Origin: Thermoanaerobaculia bacterium
GTDB taxonomy: Bacteria > Acidobacteriota > Thermoanaerobaculia > Multivoradales > JAIOJS01
Assembly (NCBI GenBank): GCA_963846495.1
Contig: CAWJWP010000016.1
Location: 213,879-277,878, forward strand
DNA length: 64,000 bases
Reading direction: 5' to 3'
Positions 12,350-21,954 of this stretch are shown piece after piece (the first letter of the stretch is position 1; each line of letters begins with the position of its first letter). Position numbers and translations under genes: made by a program. The notes under the pieces were generated by a model. The model searched no databases, was not told the DNA's origin, and worked only from the letters and a program-made list of their open reading frames with translations.

Positions 12350-14983
12350 ATGCGTTCCCGTAAGGCTCTGCTCGGCCTTTTGACGTTCGTCGTGGCGGCG
12401 CCGCTGTTGGCGCAGAATGCGCCGCCGGCGAGCCCGCCGCTCCTGGCGCCGCTCGCCGACGGGCAGGCGCTGGCGCTCCCCGCCGTCGATCCGGCGCTGC
12501 CCTCGCCGGCGGCATTCCTCGGTTATCCACTCGGCTCCCGCTTCACGCGCTACCCCGAGGTGCGCGCCTACCTCGACGCGCTCGACGCCGCCTCACCGCG
12601 GGTGACGATGTGGAAGCACGGCGAGACCTACGAGCACCGGCCGCTGCTGCTGGTCGCCATCTCGTCGGAGGCGAACATCGCCAAGCTCGACGCGCTGCGC
12701 TCCGACCGCGCGCGGCTCGACTACCCGCATCGGCTCACCGACGAAGGGCGGGCGCAGCTGCTGCGCGAGATGCCCGCCGTCGTCTGGCTCGCCTACGGCG
12801 TTCACGGCAACGAGTCCTCCTCCACCGAAGCGGCTATGGCGGCCGCGTACCTCCTCGCCGGCGCCCGCGGCGAAGGAGCGCCCGACCTCACGCGCACCAT
12901 CGTCATCATCGACCCGCTGTGCAATCCCGACGGCCGCGAGCGCTACGTCAACGGTTACCTGCAGCGGCGCGGCAGCGTCGCCAACCCCGACCCCTTCTCG
13001 CGCGAGCACGAGGAGCCGTGGCCCGGCGGCCGCGGCAACCACTACTACATCGACATGAACCGCGACTGGGCGTGGGCGACGCAGATCGAGACGCGGGCGC
13101 GCATCGCCGAGGTGACGGCGTGGGAGCCGCAGGTCTACGTCGACCTCCACGAGATGGGCGCCGAGTCGACCTACTTCTTCCCGCCCACCGCCGAGCCGGT
13201 GCACCCCGCCTTCGGCGCCGCCACCCGCCGCTGGCTCGACGCCTTCGGCCGCGCCAACGCCGCCGCCTTCGACCGCATGGGCTGGACCTACTTCGTCGGC
13301 GAGGACTACGACTTCTTCTACCCCGGCTACGGCGACACCTACCCGACGCTGCGCGGCGGCATCGGCATGACCTACGAGGTGGCCGGCGGCGGCCGCGCCG
13401 GCAGCCTGATCGAGCGCCGCGGGGCGGGGCCGTGGGGCCTCGCCGACCGCGTGGCGCGGCACCTCACGACGTCGCTCGCCACCGTCGCCACTGCGTCGGC
13501 GCAGGCGCCGCAACTGCTTGCCGACTTCGTCGAGGCGCGCATCGAGCAGGCGCGCGGCCGCGGCCGCACCTTCCTTTGGCGCGACGGCCAGGAAGCGGCG
13601 GAGATGGCGCGCCTGCTTCAGCTGCACGGCGTCAGCGTCGGCCGGCTCGCGCGCGGCGAAGAGGTGAAGGCCGCGCCCCTCGCCGGCGGCGAGCCGCGCG
13701 ACGTCCAGCTGCCCGCCGGCACCTGGGCGGTATCGACGGCGCAGCCCCTCGGCGAGCTGGTGCAGGTGCTGCTCGAGCGCGAGGCGCCGCTGCCGGCGGG
13801 CTACGTCGAGCGCCAGCGCGAGCGCGTCTCGGCGCACCTCGAGCCCGAGTTCTACGACGTCACCGCCTGGTCGCTGCCGCTCGCCTACAACCTCGACGCC
13901 TGGACGAGCGAGGACACGCCGGCGAGCCTCACCGCCGCCGCCGAGATGCCGCCCGCCGGCATCGCCGGCGAAGGGCGCGTCGGCTGGCTGCTCCCGCCGT
14001 CGGGGCTCGCCAGCTACCGCTTCGCTGCCGCGCTGCTCGCGCGCGACGTGCCGTTCCGCCTGGCGCTCGAGCCGCTGACGCTCGCCGGCCGCCAGCTCCC
14101 CGCCGGCACGCTCTTCGTGCCCCGCGCGGGCAAGGCCGGGCTCGAGGGCGTGCTGCAACCGCTCGCCGCCGAGCTCGGCGTGCAGCTGCTCGCCGCCGAG
14201 ACCTCGCTCACCGGCGGCATTCCGCTGGGCTCGAACCAGATGGTGGCGATCCGCAAGCCGCGCATCGGTCTCGTCGGCGGCCGCGGCGTCGGCTCGACGT
14301 CCTTCGGCGCGCTCTGGCACCTCCTCGATCAGCAGGTCGGCGCGCCGCACTCGGTGCTCGACCTCGAACGGCTCGACGGCGTCGACCTCTCGCGCTTCGA
14401 CGTTCTCGTCCTCCCCGACGGCGGCGGCTACCGCGGCACGCTCGGCGAGGACGGCGCCAAGCGCCTCGGCACCTGGGTGCGCGGCGGCGGCGTGCTGGTC
14501 GCCGAGGCCGGTCCCATCGACTGGCTGCACGAGCAGAAGCTCACCAGCGTCAAGCGGCACAAAGAGGAGTCGACGGACGAGGACGACGGCGAGGGCAGCG
14601 CGCCACCGCCGAGCGACGCCGAGAAGGTGTGGGACACCGAGCTCATGGTGCCCGGCGCCATCGTCGCCACCGACCTGCGCCGCCACGCGCTCACCGTCGG
14701 CGTCACCACGCCGCCTCCGGTGCTCTTCTGGGGCGACGCCTTCTACGACGCGACCGGCGACCCGCAGCAGGACCTGCTGCGCGCCAAGAGCCATGACCCG
14801 CTGATCGCCGGCATGGCGTGGCCGGAGGCGAAGCAGGTGCTGCCCGGCACGCTGCTCATGGGCGCGGATTCACTCGGCGACGGCAAGGTCGTGGTCTTCA
14901 CGCAGGACCCGGCGTTTCGCCTGTTCTGGCGCGGCACCATGCCTTTGCTGCTCGACGCAGTGCTCTACGGGCCGAGCCTGTAA
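12350..14983 (+). CDS. M14 family zinc carboxypeptidase with large C-terminal extension
   Basis: ATG 12350 is preceded by GGGAGG and followed by a signal peptide (MRSRKALLGLLTFVVAAPLLAQ). The M14 zinc motif is HGNESSS...DPLCNPDGRE. The C-terminal half contains a GATase1/DJ-1-like stretch (VLVLPDGGGY). Confidence 0.8.
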   Translation: MRSRKALLGLLTFVVAAPLLAQNAPPASPPLLAPLADGQALALPAVDPALPSPAAFLGYPLGSRFTRYPEVRAYLDALDAASPRVTMWKHGETYEHRPLLLVAISSEANIAKLDALRSDRARLDYPHRLTDEGRAQLLREMPAVVWLAYGVHGNESSSTEAAMAAAYLLAGARGEGAPDLTRTIVIIDPLCNPDGRERYVNGYLQRRGSVANPDPFSREHEEPWPGGRGNHYYIDMNRDWAWATQIETRARIAEVTAWEPQVYVDLHEMGAESTYFFPPTAEPVHPAFGAATRRWLDAFGRANAAAFDRMGWTYFVGEDYDFFYPGYGDTYPTLRGGIGMTYEVAGGGRAGSLIERRGAGPWGLADRVARHLTTSLATVATASAQAPQLLADFVEARIEQARGRGRTFLWRDGQEAAEMARLLQLHGVSVGRLARGEEVKAAPLAGGEPRDVQLPAGTWAVSTAQPLGELVQVLLEREAPLPAGYVERQRERVSAHLEPEFYDVTAWSLPLAYNLDAWTSEDTPASLTAAAEMPPAGIAGEGRVGWLLPPSGLASYRFAAALLARDVPFRLALEPLTLAGRQLPAGTLFVPRAGKAGLEGVLQPLAAELGVQLLAAETSLTGGIPLGSNQMVAIRKPRIGLVGGRGVGSTSFGALWHLLDQQVGAPHSVLDLERLDGVDLSRFDVLVLPDGGGYRGTLGEDGAKRLGTWVRGGGVLVAEAGPIDWLHEQKLTSVKRHKEESTDEDDGEGSAPPPSDAEKVWDTELMVPGAIVATDLRRHALTVGVTTPPPVLFWGDAFYDATGDPQQDLLRAKSHDPLIAGMAWPEAKQVLPGTLLMGADSLGDGKVVVFTQDPAFRLFWRGTMPLLLDAVLYGPSL

Positions 14984-15047
14984 CGCGCTCTACGCGCGCT
15001 GGGTGCGTCGGCGCGGTGTGCCCGCCGGATGGTGCGCAGAGCGCACG

Positions 15048-18000
15048 CTACGCCGGCGGTGTTAGATCGACCGTGACGCCACCGAGCAGTTGCTGGAGGT
15101 CGGGCAACTGCACCGGCTTGACGAGCAGCTTGTCGAAGCCGACCTCTTCGAGGCGGCCGCCGTGCACCTGCTCGCCATAGCCGGTGACCGCCACCAACGT
15201 CACGCCGCGCGTCGCTTCGTCGGCGCGTAGCCGGCGGCCCACCTCGTAACCGTCGAGCCCCGGCAGCCCGATGTCGAGCAGCACCACCTCTGGCCGTTGC
15301 TCCGCCGCAGCCGCCAGACCGCTCGGGCCGTCGTGCGCGACCTCGACGCGATGGCCCCACAGGCGCAACAGCTCGGCGAGGCTCTCCGCGCCCTCGACGT
15401 TGTCGTCGACGACGAGCACGCGCCGCGAAGCCCCTGACTCCGCGCTCGCCGGCCGCTCCGCCGGCGCCACGCCCGCCGGCGCGCCCGCGGAAAGCGGCAG
15501 CAGCACCTCGAACTCGCTCCCCTTCCCTTCGCCTTCGCTGCGCGCCGTCACCCGGCCGCCGTGCATCTCCACCAGCTGGCGCACCAGCGTGAGCCCGATG
15601 CCGAGGCCGCCCTGCGAGCGGTCGAGCGCCTGCTCCGACTGCATGAAGAGGTCGAAGACGCGGCCGAGCAGCTCCGGTGGCAGGCCGATGCCGTCGTCGC
15701 GCACGCGCAGCAGCGCGCACTGGCCGCGGCGCTCGACGCGCACCGTCACGTGGCCGCCCGACGGCGTGTACTTGTTGGCGTTGGCGAGCAGGTTGGCGAT
15801 CACCTGGTCGAGACGCGTCGCGTCGGCGCGCACCGGCAGCACCTCGCGCGGCACCTCGAGGCGCAGCTCCTGCCCGCGCTCGACGAAGCGCGGGCGGAGA
15901 TTGTCGACCGCGTGCGTTACCGCCGACACGAAGTCGAGCGGCGCGAGCCGCAGCTCGATGCGACCGCGGGTGATGCGCGCCACGTCGAGGAGGTCGTCCA
16001 CCAGCCGCACGATATGGCCGACCTGGCGTTCCATCACCGAGAGCGCGCGCTCGGCGACTTCGCGGTCGTCGCCGGCGAGGCGCAGCAGCTGGAGCGACGT
16101 CGCCACCGGCGACAGCGGGTTGCGCAGCTCGTGGGCGAGCATGGCGAGGAACTCGTCCTTCCGCCGATCGGCCTCGCGCAGCTCGGCGTAAAGCGCCGCG
16201 TTGTCGAGCGCCAGCGCGGCGCGGCGGGCCAGCTCGTCGGCGAGGCCCATCGCCTGGAGGTCGAAGCGCTCGGCGCCGGTGCGCACCAGCACCAGCGCGC
16301 CGAGCGTCTTGCCGCGCGCACGCAGCGGCAGCACCAGCACGCTCGTGCCGCCGACCTCGCGCAACAGCTCGCCGAGGCGGTCGCCGCGGTTGGCCGTCCA
16401 GTCGCGCGGATCGTCGAGCAGCAGCGGCTGGTCGAGCGTTGCGGCATCGACGAGCAGCGGCGCCTCGCCGCCACCCGCGGCGGCGATCTCGCGCAGCCGC
16501 CGCTCCTCCTCCACCGTTCGGTGCGCCACCGCCAGCCGCGGCGGCGCGTTGGGGACGTCGAGCAGCGCCAGCGACCAGTCGGCGAGGCCGGGCACGCTGC
16601 CGCGGGCGATGCGCTCGAGCGTCGTCTGCGGCTCGAGCGACGATGCCAGCGCGCTGCCCGCCTCGGCGAGCAGGCGCAGCGCCCACTCGGCGCGCCGGCG
16701 CTCCGCCACCTCCAGCTGCAAGTCTCGGTTCAACGCGGCGAGCTCGGTCGAGCGCTCGGAGAGCGCGGCGCTCGTCGTCGTCAGCTCGTGGAAGCGCTCC
16801 TCGAGCGCGCGCGCCGTGCGGCGGAAGTTGCGCGCCAGCGAGTCCACCTCGGCGACGCGGCTGCGCGGCCACGCCGGCAGCTCGCCGGACGCCAGCCGCT
16901 CGGGCAGGCCGGTCGTCGCCTCGGCGAGGCGGGCGAGCGGCCGCGCCAGCAGGCCCGACACCGCCGCCGACGCGAGCAGGGCCAACAGGCAGACACCGAG
17001 CATGGCGGCGAACGCGGTGAGGTAGCGCTCCTGCAGGAACTGCTGCAGCGGCAGGAGCGGCAGCTCGACGCGCAGATGCCACGGCGGCGCGCCGAACGCC
17101 AGCTCGCGGCCGTAGACCGAGCCGCGCCAGCGGTTGATCGCCGGCTGCGCCAAGCTCTCGGCGAAGCGCTGGTAGCGGCCGCCGGCGAGGCGTTGCAGGT
17201 CGCCTTCGACGCGGTAGGTCTGCAGCGGCAGCACGTCAGGCATCGTCGAGGCGATGACGACGCCGTGATCGTCGGTCAAGGTGAGCTGCGCCGCGCGCGT
17301 CGGCGCGTAGAGCGCCAGCAGACTGCGCAGCTGCTTGAGGTCGAGGGCGCCCACCGCGAAGCCGATAGCGCTTCCGTCGTGCAGCACCGGCGCGGCGATC
17401 GCCACCACCGGCTCGCGCCGCCCCAACGGCCCGCGATAGACGTCGGTGAGCACCGGCCGCAGGCTCTGCCGCGCTGCGGTGAGCCACGGCCGCTCACCCA
17501 CTCGCAGGCCGGCCTGCGAACGGCCCTCGGGGTCGAGGCGCGGCGACACCGCCACCACCCGGCCGTCGGCGTCGGCGAGGTAGACGCTCGCAAGCTCGGG
17601 GAAGATGCGCTGCACGAGCTCGACCTCCGGCTGCAACGCCGCGAGCGGTGCGCCGCTGTCGGCCGCGCCTTTCGCCAGCTCGACGACGGCGCCCAGGTGA
17701 CGGTCGCGCCAGTTGTCGATGCGGCTCGCCAGACTGTCGGCCGTCTGATCGAGCTGCGCCAGCAGGTCGCCTTCGAGCTTGCGCAGGTCCTGCCGCGTCG
17801 ACAGCACGACGAGCACGAGCAGCGGCACCAGCACCGCCGCCACCAACAGCTCGAAGATCATCTGCCGCAGCGGCACCGTCTCGCGCTCTGCCGCGCCGGC
17901 GAGCGTGTGGATGCGCGTGTGGGTGAGCAGCAAGCTGGCGACGAGCGCGTTGCCGATGCCGTTGACGCTCTGCTTGAGCATCACCAGCACCGTCGCCGCC

Positions 18001-18437
18001 GTGCCGCTCTCCATCACCGTGCCGTAGAAGAGCGCCACCAGCGGCATGCCGAGCAGCAGCCAGAAGAGCCCGTCGGCGAGCAGCACGTTCTGCTTGAGGC
18101 GCGGCGCCAGCATGCCGACGACGAGCGCCTCGACGGTGAAGATCACCGCCGCCCACGGGTGCCCCCACAGGAAGTAGGTGTAGCTCGCCGCCACCGCTGC
18201 CGCGGCCGTTCCCCACAGCGGGCCGTAGAGCCGCACCGCCAGCAGCGCGAAGATGCTGCCGAAGAGGAACTCGAGACCGAAGAAGAGCGGAGTGGCGAAG
18301 TAGTTGCCGGCGAAGGCGGCGAGGGTCAGCGCGACGTAGACGGGCAGGCTCCGGCCGCTGAGCGGGGTGGCGGGAGCTGCTTGCCGCTCAGCAGTCGGCG
18401 CCCGTCCAATCCTCTCCGGCGCGCGCTGCGGCTCCAC
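15048..18437 (-). CDS. Hybrid sensor histidine kinase (multi-TM N-terminus, periplasmic sensor, HAMP, GAF, HisKA, HATPase_c, C-terminal receiver)
   Basis: H-box LAHELRNPLSP, ATP-binding G-boxes (DDGIGLP...GGLGIGLT) and a C-terminal receiver domain (VLVVDDNVEGAESLAELL...LLDIGLPGLDG). Confidence 0.85.
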   Translation of the reverse strand: MEPQRAPERIGRAPTAERQAAPATPLSGRSLPVYVALTLAAFAGNYFATPLFFGLEFLFGSIFALLAVRLYGPLWGTAAAAVAASYTYFLWGHPWAAVIFTVEALVVGMLAPRLKQNVLLADGLFWLLLGMPLVALFYGTVMESGTAATVLVMLKQSVNGIGNALVASLLLTHTRIHTLAGAAERETVPLRQMIFELLVAAVLVPLLVLVVLSTRQDLRKLEGDLLAQLDQTADSLASRIDNWRDRHLGAVVELAKGAADSGAPLAALQPEVELVQRIFPELASVYLADADGRVVAVSPRLDPEGRSQAGLRVGERPWLTAARQSLRPVLTDVYRGPLGRREPVVAIAAPVLHDGSAIGFAVGALDLKQLRSLLALYAPTRAAQLTLTDDHGVVIASTMPDVLPLQTYRVEGDLQRLAGGRYQRFAESLAQPAINRWRGSVYGRELAFGAPPWHLRVELPLLPLQQFLQERYLTAFAAMLGVCLLALLASAAVSGLLARPLARLAEATTGLPERLASGELPAWPRSRVAEVDSLARNFRRTARALEERFHELTTTSAALSERSTELAALNRDLQLEVAERRRAEWALRLLAEAGSALASSLEPQTTLERIARGSVPGLADWSLALLDVPNAPPRLAVAHRTVEEERRLREIAAAGGGEAPLLVDAATLDQPLLLDDPRDWTANRGDRLGELLREVGGTSVLVLPLRARGKTLGALVLVRTGAERFDLQAMGLADELARRAALALDNAALYAELREADRRKDEFLAMLAHELRNPLSPVATSLQLLRLAGDDREVAERALSVMERQVGHIVRLVDDLLDVARITRGRIELRLAPLDFVSAVTHAVDNLRPRFVERGQELRLEVPREVLPVRADATRLDQVIANLLANANKYTPSGGHVTVRVERRGQCALLRVRDDGIGLPPELLGRVFDLFMQSEQALDRSQGGLGIGLTLVRQLVEMHGGRVTARSEGEGKGSEFEVLLPLSAGAPAGVAPAERPASAESGASRRVLVVDDNVEGAESLAELLRLWGHRVEVAHDGPSGLAAAAEQRPEVVLLDIGLPGLDGYEVGRRLRADEATRGVTLVAVTGYGEQVHGGRLEEVGFDKLLVKPVQLPDLQQLLGGVTVDLTPPA

Positions 18438-18541
18438 CGTGAGAATGCTAGCAGTCGGTTCGGGCGTGACGCGCCTGCTGCTTCACATCCGCGAACCACG
18501 CCGCCGCGCGAGCAGCGCGGCGGCGCGATGGTTCCGCTCGC

Positions 18542-21487
18542 TCAGCCGTCCTGGCCGATGGCAGCGAGCACGCGCTGGCGGTCGTACGAGCTGCTGATGT
18601 GCGCCACGGCGCGCTGGAAGGCGGTGGCGAGCTCGCCTTCGATCTGCCCGGCACCGGCGACGGTGACGAGCAGCTCCGCGAGGTCGTAGTCGGAGCTGAA
18701 CGCGTCGGCGCTGGCGAGCAGACGCCGCACGTCCTCCTCCGGCAGCGGCCGCCGCATCGCCGCCTTCTGCAGCGTGCGGCGGCGGTCGTAGTCGGAGCTC
18801 ATGCCGCGCGCGAGGGTGAAGAACGACTCGCCGAGCGCCTTGCCGCGCGGCCAGCGCGTCGCCAGCAGGGTGAGCAGCTCGGCGCGGTCGTAGTCGGAGC
18901 TGATGCCGCGCGCGCAGGTGAGCGCACGCTCGGCCGTCGACGGCTCCTTCGCCGCCTCCACCACCTTCGACAGCGTGCGCCGCAGGTCGTAGTCGGAGTC
19001 GATGGCGGCGCACGCCTCGCCGAAGCTCGCCCCGGTGACCGCCGACGCACCGCGCGCGTCGACGGCGGCGATCAGCAGCTCGGTGAGGTCGTAGTCGGAC
19101 TCGATGCTGCGCGCCCCGAGCGCGACGATGCGCTCGACCTGCGCCGCGTCGGGCTTCGCCTGTTGGAGCAGCTCGACCGAGTAGACGCGCTGCACGTAGT
19201 CGGAACGGATGAGGCGCATCTCGGCGAGCACCGCGTCGACGCCGCCGCGGGCGAGGATGCGGCCGACGCGTCCCTTGGCGTCGATGCCGGTCTCGCGGAA
19301 GAGCTCGGGCAGCATGCGGCCGAGCCACGCGCGCGCCGAGTCGTCGAACGGGCGCGGCTCGCCGTCGAGCTCGAAGGTGACTTCCGGCGCGCCGCCGGCG
19401 CCCGGCTTGGCGATCAGCTCGCGCTCGTGCCCGCCGCGGCGCTCGAGAATGCGCAGCCGCCCGCCCGGCGAGACGCGCGTGATGTTGCGCTCGTCGGCGG
19501 AGAAGGCGACGTCGCCCTCGATGTCGAGGTCGAGGCGGCAGCGCCCTTCGCGCACGCGGATCGTCCAGGTGTGGTCGTCGTCGACGTTGATGCTGGCCGA
19601 GCGGCTCTTCGACTCGCCCGAGCTGCATGACGGGTCGTCGAAGGTGAAGCCGCCGGCCGGCGCCGGCGGGGCCGGCGGCGCGGGGGGAGCTGGCGGTGCC
19701 GGAGGCGCCGGCGGCGCAGCGGCAGCGGCGCGCACGCGGGGTGCCGGCGGCGACGGCGGCGAGGGCGGGGACGGTGGCGATGGAGGCGAGGGCGGAGAGG
19801 GCGGCGCGGGCGTCCAGTCGGAGGAGCGGGCCGCGCGCGGAGCCGTCGCCGCTCGCGGCGCCACCACGGCGACGGCGGGCGTGGCCGTCCTCGGTGCGGC
19901 GGCGGCGACCTCTGCGATCGCGGCCACCGGTGCCACGACCGCGACCGCTCCGGTGGCCGTCGTCGTGCCGCGATCGACGGCGCCCGCGGCGGGCTCGGCG
20001 ATCGCCGCCATCGCAGCCGGCGAGCTGGGCTCCGCCGCCACGGCGACACTCGCCTCCGTGGCCACGCTCTCTTCGGCGAAGGCCGCGACGACCGGCTCGG
20101 TCGTTGCGCCCGGCGGCGCCGGCAGCACGTCACCTTCGATGGGGGCGGCATCGGGAGCTGGTTCCGTGGCGGCCGCGAGCGCCGGCTCCACTTCCTCCGG
20201 CCGCGCGCCCGCCGCGGCAAGCGGCAGCACTACAGCGGCGGCGACGAGCAACACGACCGCTGCGGCGGCGCGCCCGAGTGGCCGCCGGTCGCGCGCCTCG
20301 TCGAGGATGGCGGCGATGCGGCTCGACAGCTGCGGCCGCCGCGCCATCGGCAGGGTGAGCGCCGGCGACGGCAGCGCCGCGCGCAGCGCACGCGCCACCT
20401 CGAGCAGGTGCCCGGCGTAGAGCGACGGCCGCGAGCCGGCGAGCAGCACGAGGTCGTCGCAGGCGTGCTCGGCCTCGGCGCGCAGCCGCCGCGCGGCGAT
20501 CCAGGCGAGCGGATCGAACCAGTGCAGCACGCAGGCGAGGTGCGAGAGGTTGAGCGCCAGCGCGTCGGCGCGCCGCACATGAGCGAGCTCGTGCAGCAGC
20601 ACGCTGCGGCGCTGCGCCAGCGGCCACCGCGCCGCGCTCGCCGGCAGCAGCACGACCGGCCGCCGCACGCCCCACGTCATCGGCACCTCGGTCTCGCGGC
20701 TGGCGAGCAGCGCGACCGGGCGATGCAGCTCGAGCCGCGTGGCGCACTCGGCGGCGAGCTGTTGCCAGTCGGCGGGCAGCGGACGCGCACCGGCGCGCAG
20801 GCGGCGGCGGCGCAGCAGCGCCGCACCGAGGCGGGCGAGGGCGAGCAGGGCACCGAGCGCCCAGACGGCGGCGAGGGTCCAGCTCGGGAGCGCGATTCTC
20901 GACGGCGACGAGGTGGAAGCCCATGGCGCGGGACTCGCCAGCTCCGCAGCGGCAGGCAATCGGCGGCGGTCAGCGCCGACGCGGCGCGCGCCGCGTCGCG
21001 TCTCGGCTGCACCGGCGGCGTCGGTGAGGATCGCGGTCTCCCGCGCCGTCGCCGTGTCGTCCTCTTGATGCCCGCGAAGGCAACAGCGCGCGTGGTCTCG
21101 CTCGCAGCCGGCGCAACGTCGCGCTCGCGATCGGCTCGTCGCGAGGGCTGACGGCAATGCAGTCGCGGTGGGCGCTTCCATCGCCGGCTGACCAGCTATA
21201 GCCGCGACCTCGCCTGCGCTCGGCGCCGCGGGCGTAATCGCGGCCAGCAGCTCCGCCGCCGGCGCGGGCAGCGGCACTCGCCACGCAGCCGGCAGCCGCT
21301 CGGCCGCCGGCAGCAGCAGCGTGCCGAGGAGCGCGCTGCTCCACAGCAGGTGGCGCACGGCCGGGCTGCGCCGATGCAGCGCCAAGTCGGCGGCACCGGC
21401 GAGCAGCAGCAATGCCGCGCCCTTCCACGCCCAAACCGGGAGCGACTCGAGGAGCAGGCGGACGAGCGTGTCGGCGTTCATTGTCAC
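18542..21487 (-). CDS. BlaR1/MecR1-like M56 peptidase signal transducer with proline-rich linker and a 7x SDYD-repeat C-terminal domain
   Basis: The N-terminus is BlaR1-like and TM-rich. The zinc-protease motif LLHELAHVRRAD is present. A (SPP)6 and (APP)5 linker follows, then seven ~33-aa repeats with the motif xSDYD(L/R)xxLL. There is no penicillin-binding sensor domain. Confidence 0.8.
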   Translation of the reverse strand: MTMNADTLVRLLLESLPVWAWKGAALLLLAGAADLALHRRSPAVRHLLWSSALLGTLLLPAAERLPAAWRVPLPAPAAELLAAITPAAPSAGEVAAIAGQPAMEAPTATALPSALATSRSRARRCAGCERDHARCCLRGHQEDDTATARETAILTDAAGAAETRRGARRVGADRRRLPAAAELASPAPWASTSSPSRIALPSWTLAAVWALGALLALARLGAALLRRRRLRAGARPLPADWQQLAAECATRLELHRPVALLASRETEVPMTWGVRRPVVLLPASAARWPLAQRRSVLLHELAHVRRADALALNLSHLACVLHWFDPLAWIAARRLRAEAEHACDDLVLLAGSRPSLYAGHLLEVARALRAALPSPALTLPMARRPQLSSRIAAILDEARDRRPLGRAAAAVVLLVAAAVVLPLAAAGARPEEVEPALAAATEPAPDAAPIEGDVLPAPPGATTEPVVAAFAEESVATEASVAVAAEPSSPAAMAAIAEPAAGAVDRGTTTATGAVAVVAPVAAIAEVAAAAPRTATPAVAVVAPRAATAPRAARSSDWTPAPPSPPSPPSPPSPPSPPSPPAPRVRAAAAAPPAPPAPPAPPAPPAPPAPAGGFTFDDPSCSSGESKSRSASINVDDDHTWTIRVREGRCRLDLDIEGDVAFSADERNITRVSPGGRLRILERRGGHERELIAKPGAGGAPEVTFELDGEPRPFDDSARAWLGRMLPELFRETGIDAKGRVGRILARGGVDAVLAEMRLIRSDYVQRVYSVELLQQAKPDAAQVERIVALGARSIESDYDLTELLIAAVDARGASAVTGASFGEACAAIDSDYDLRRTLSKVVEAAKEPSTAERALTCARGISSDYDRAELLTLLATRWPRGKALGESFFTLARGMSSDYDRRRTLQKAAMRRPLPEEDVRRLLASADAFSSDYDLAELLVTVAGAGQIEGELATAFQRAVAHISSSYDRQRVLAAIGQDG

Positions 21488-21873
21488 TTCCCCTTCAGCT
21501 GGGCGTCGGCGACGAGCGCCGAGAGGCGCTCGAGCTCGGCGTCGTCGAGGCGGTCGGATTCGAGGTCGAGCAGGGCGGCGACGGTGTCGGTCACCGAGCC
21601 GGCGAAGAAGGTCCCCACCAGGCGCTGCAGCGCCGTGCGCCGTGCGCGGTCGCGCGGCACCGTGGGCGAGAAGACGTAGCGCGGGCCGTCCTGCCGGTGG
21701 CGCAGGTGACCTTTTTCCTCCAGCACGCGCAGCAGCGCCCGCACGGCCGAGTAGCTGGGCGGGTCGGCCAGCTCGCCGTGCACCTCGGCCGCCGTGGCAC
21801 TCCCCTTGCGGTAGACGATCTCCATGATCTGGCGCTCACGCCGGCTGAGCTGGGCTTCGTCCTTCCTTGCCAT
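21484..21873 (-). CDS. blaI: BlaI/MecI/CopY family transcriptional repressor
   Basis: ATG 21873 is preceded by GAGGTGA. The winged-helix region (LSRRERQIMEIVYRKGSATAAEVHGEL...SAVRALLRVLEEKGHL) and C-terminal dimerisation helix are recognisable. The stop overlaps the M56 gene start by 4 nt. Confidence 0.85.
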   Translation of the reverse strand: MARKDEAQLSRRERQIMEIVYRKGSATAAEVHGELADPPSYSAVRALLRVLEEKGHLRHRQDGPRYVFSPTVPRDRARRTALQRLVGTFFAGSVTDTVAALLDLESDRLDDAELERLSALVADAQLKGK

Positions 21874-21922
21874 CTTCACCTCTCGGGCTTGTACGCTCTC
21901 GTGGCTTCGAGGTTGCACTGCG

Positions 21923-21954
21923 ATGCTAGAAAAACAGCATGCTGAATTTTTAGC
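21923..21954. promoter_or_regulatory. AT-rich near-palindrome TGCTAGAAAAACAGCATGCTGAATTTTTAGCA, candidate BlaI operator and promoter
   Basis: A 32-bp imperfect inverted repeat (26/32 symmetric) with a perfect core CAGCATGCTG, about 50 bp upstream of the blaI ATG. It is a conspicuous AT-rich island in a GC-rich genome. Confidence 0.5.

Noticed and set aside
19620-19830. Short-period nucleotide repeats (GGCGG/GGAGG units) that could be mistaken for a repeat array
   Set aside because: They encode the (SPP)n/(APP)n linker of the M56 protein in frame. There are no spacers of unique sequence, so this is not a CRISPR array.
21824-21922. Annotated 5' extension of the mltA ORF (MIWRSRRLSWASSFLAIF…)
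   Set aside because: It overlaps the blaI start and promoter on the opposite strand and precedes the lipoprotein signal peptide. The real start is downstream (21923 or 21968).
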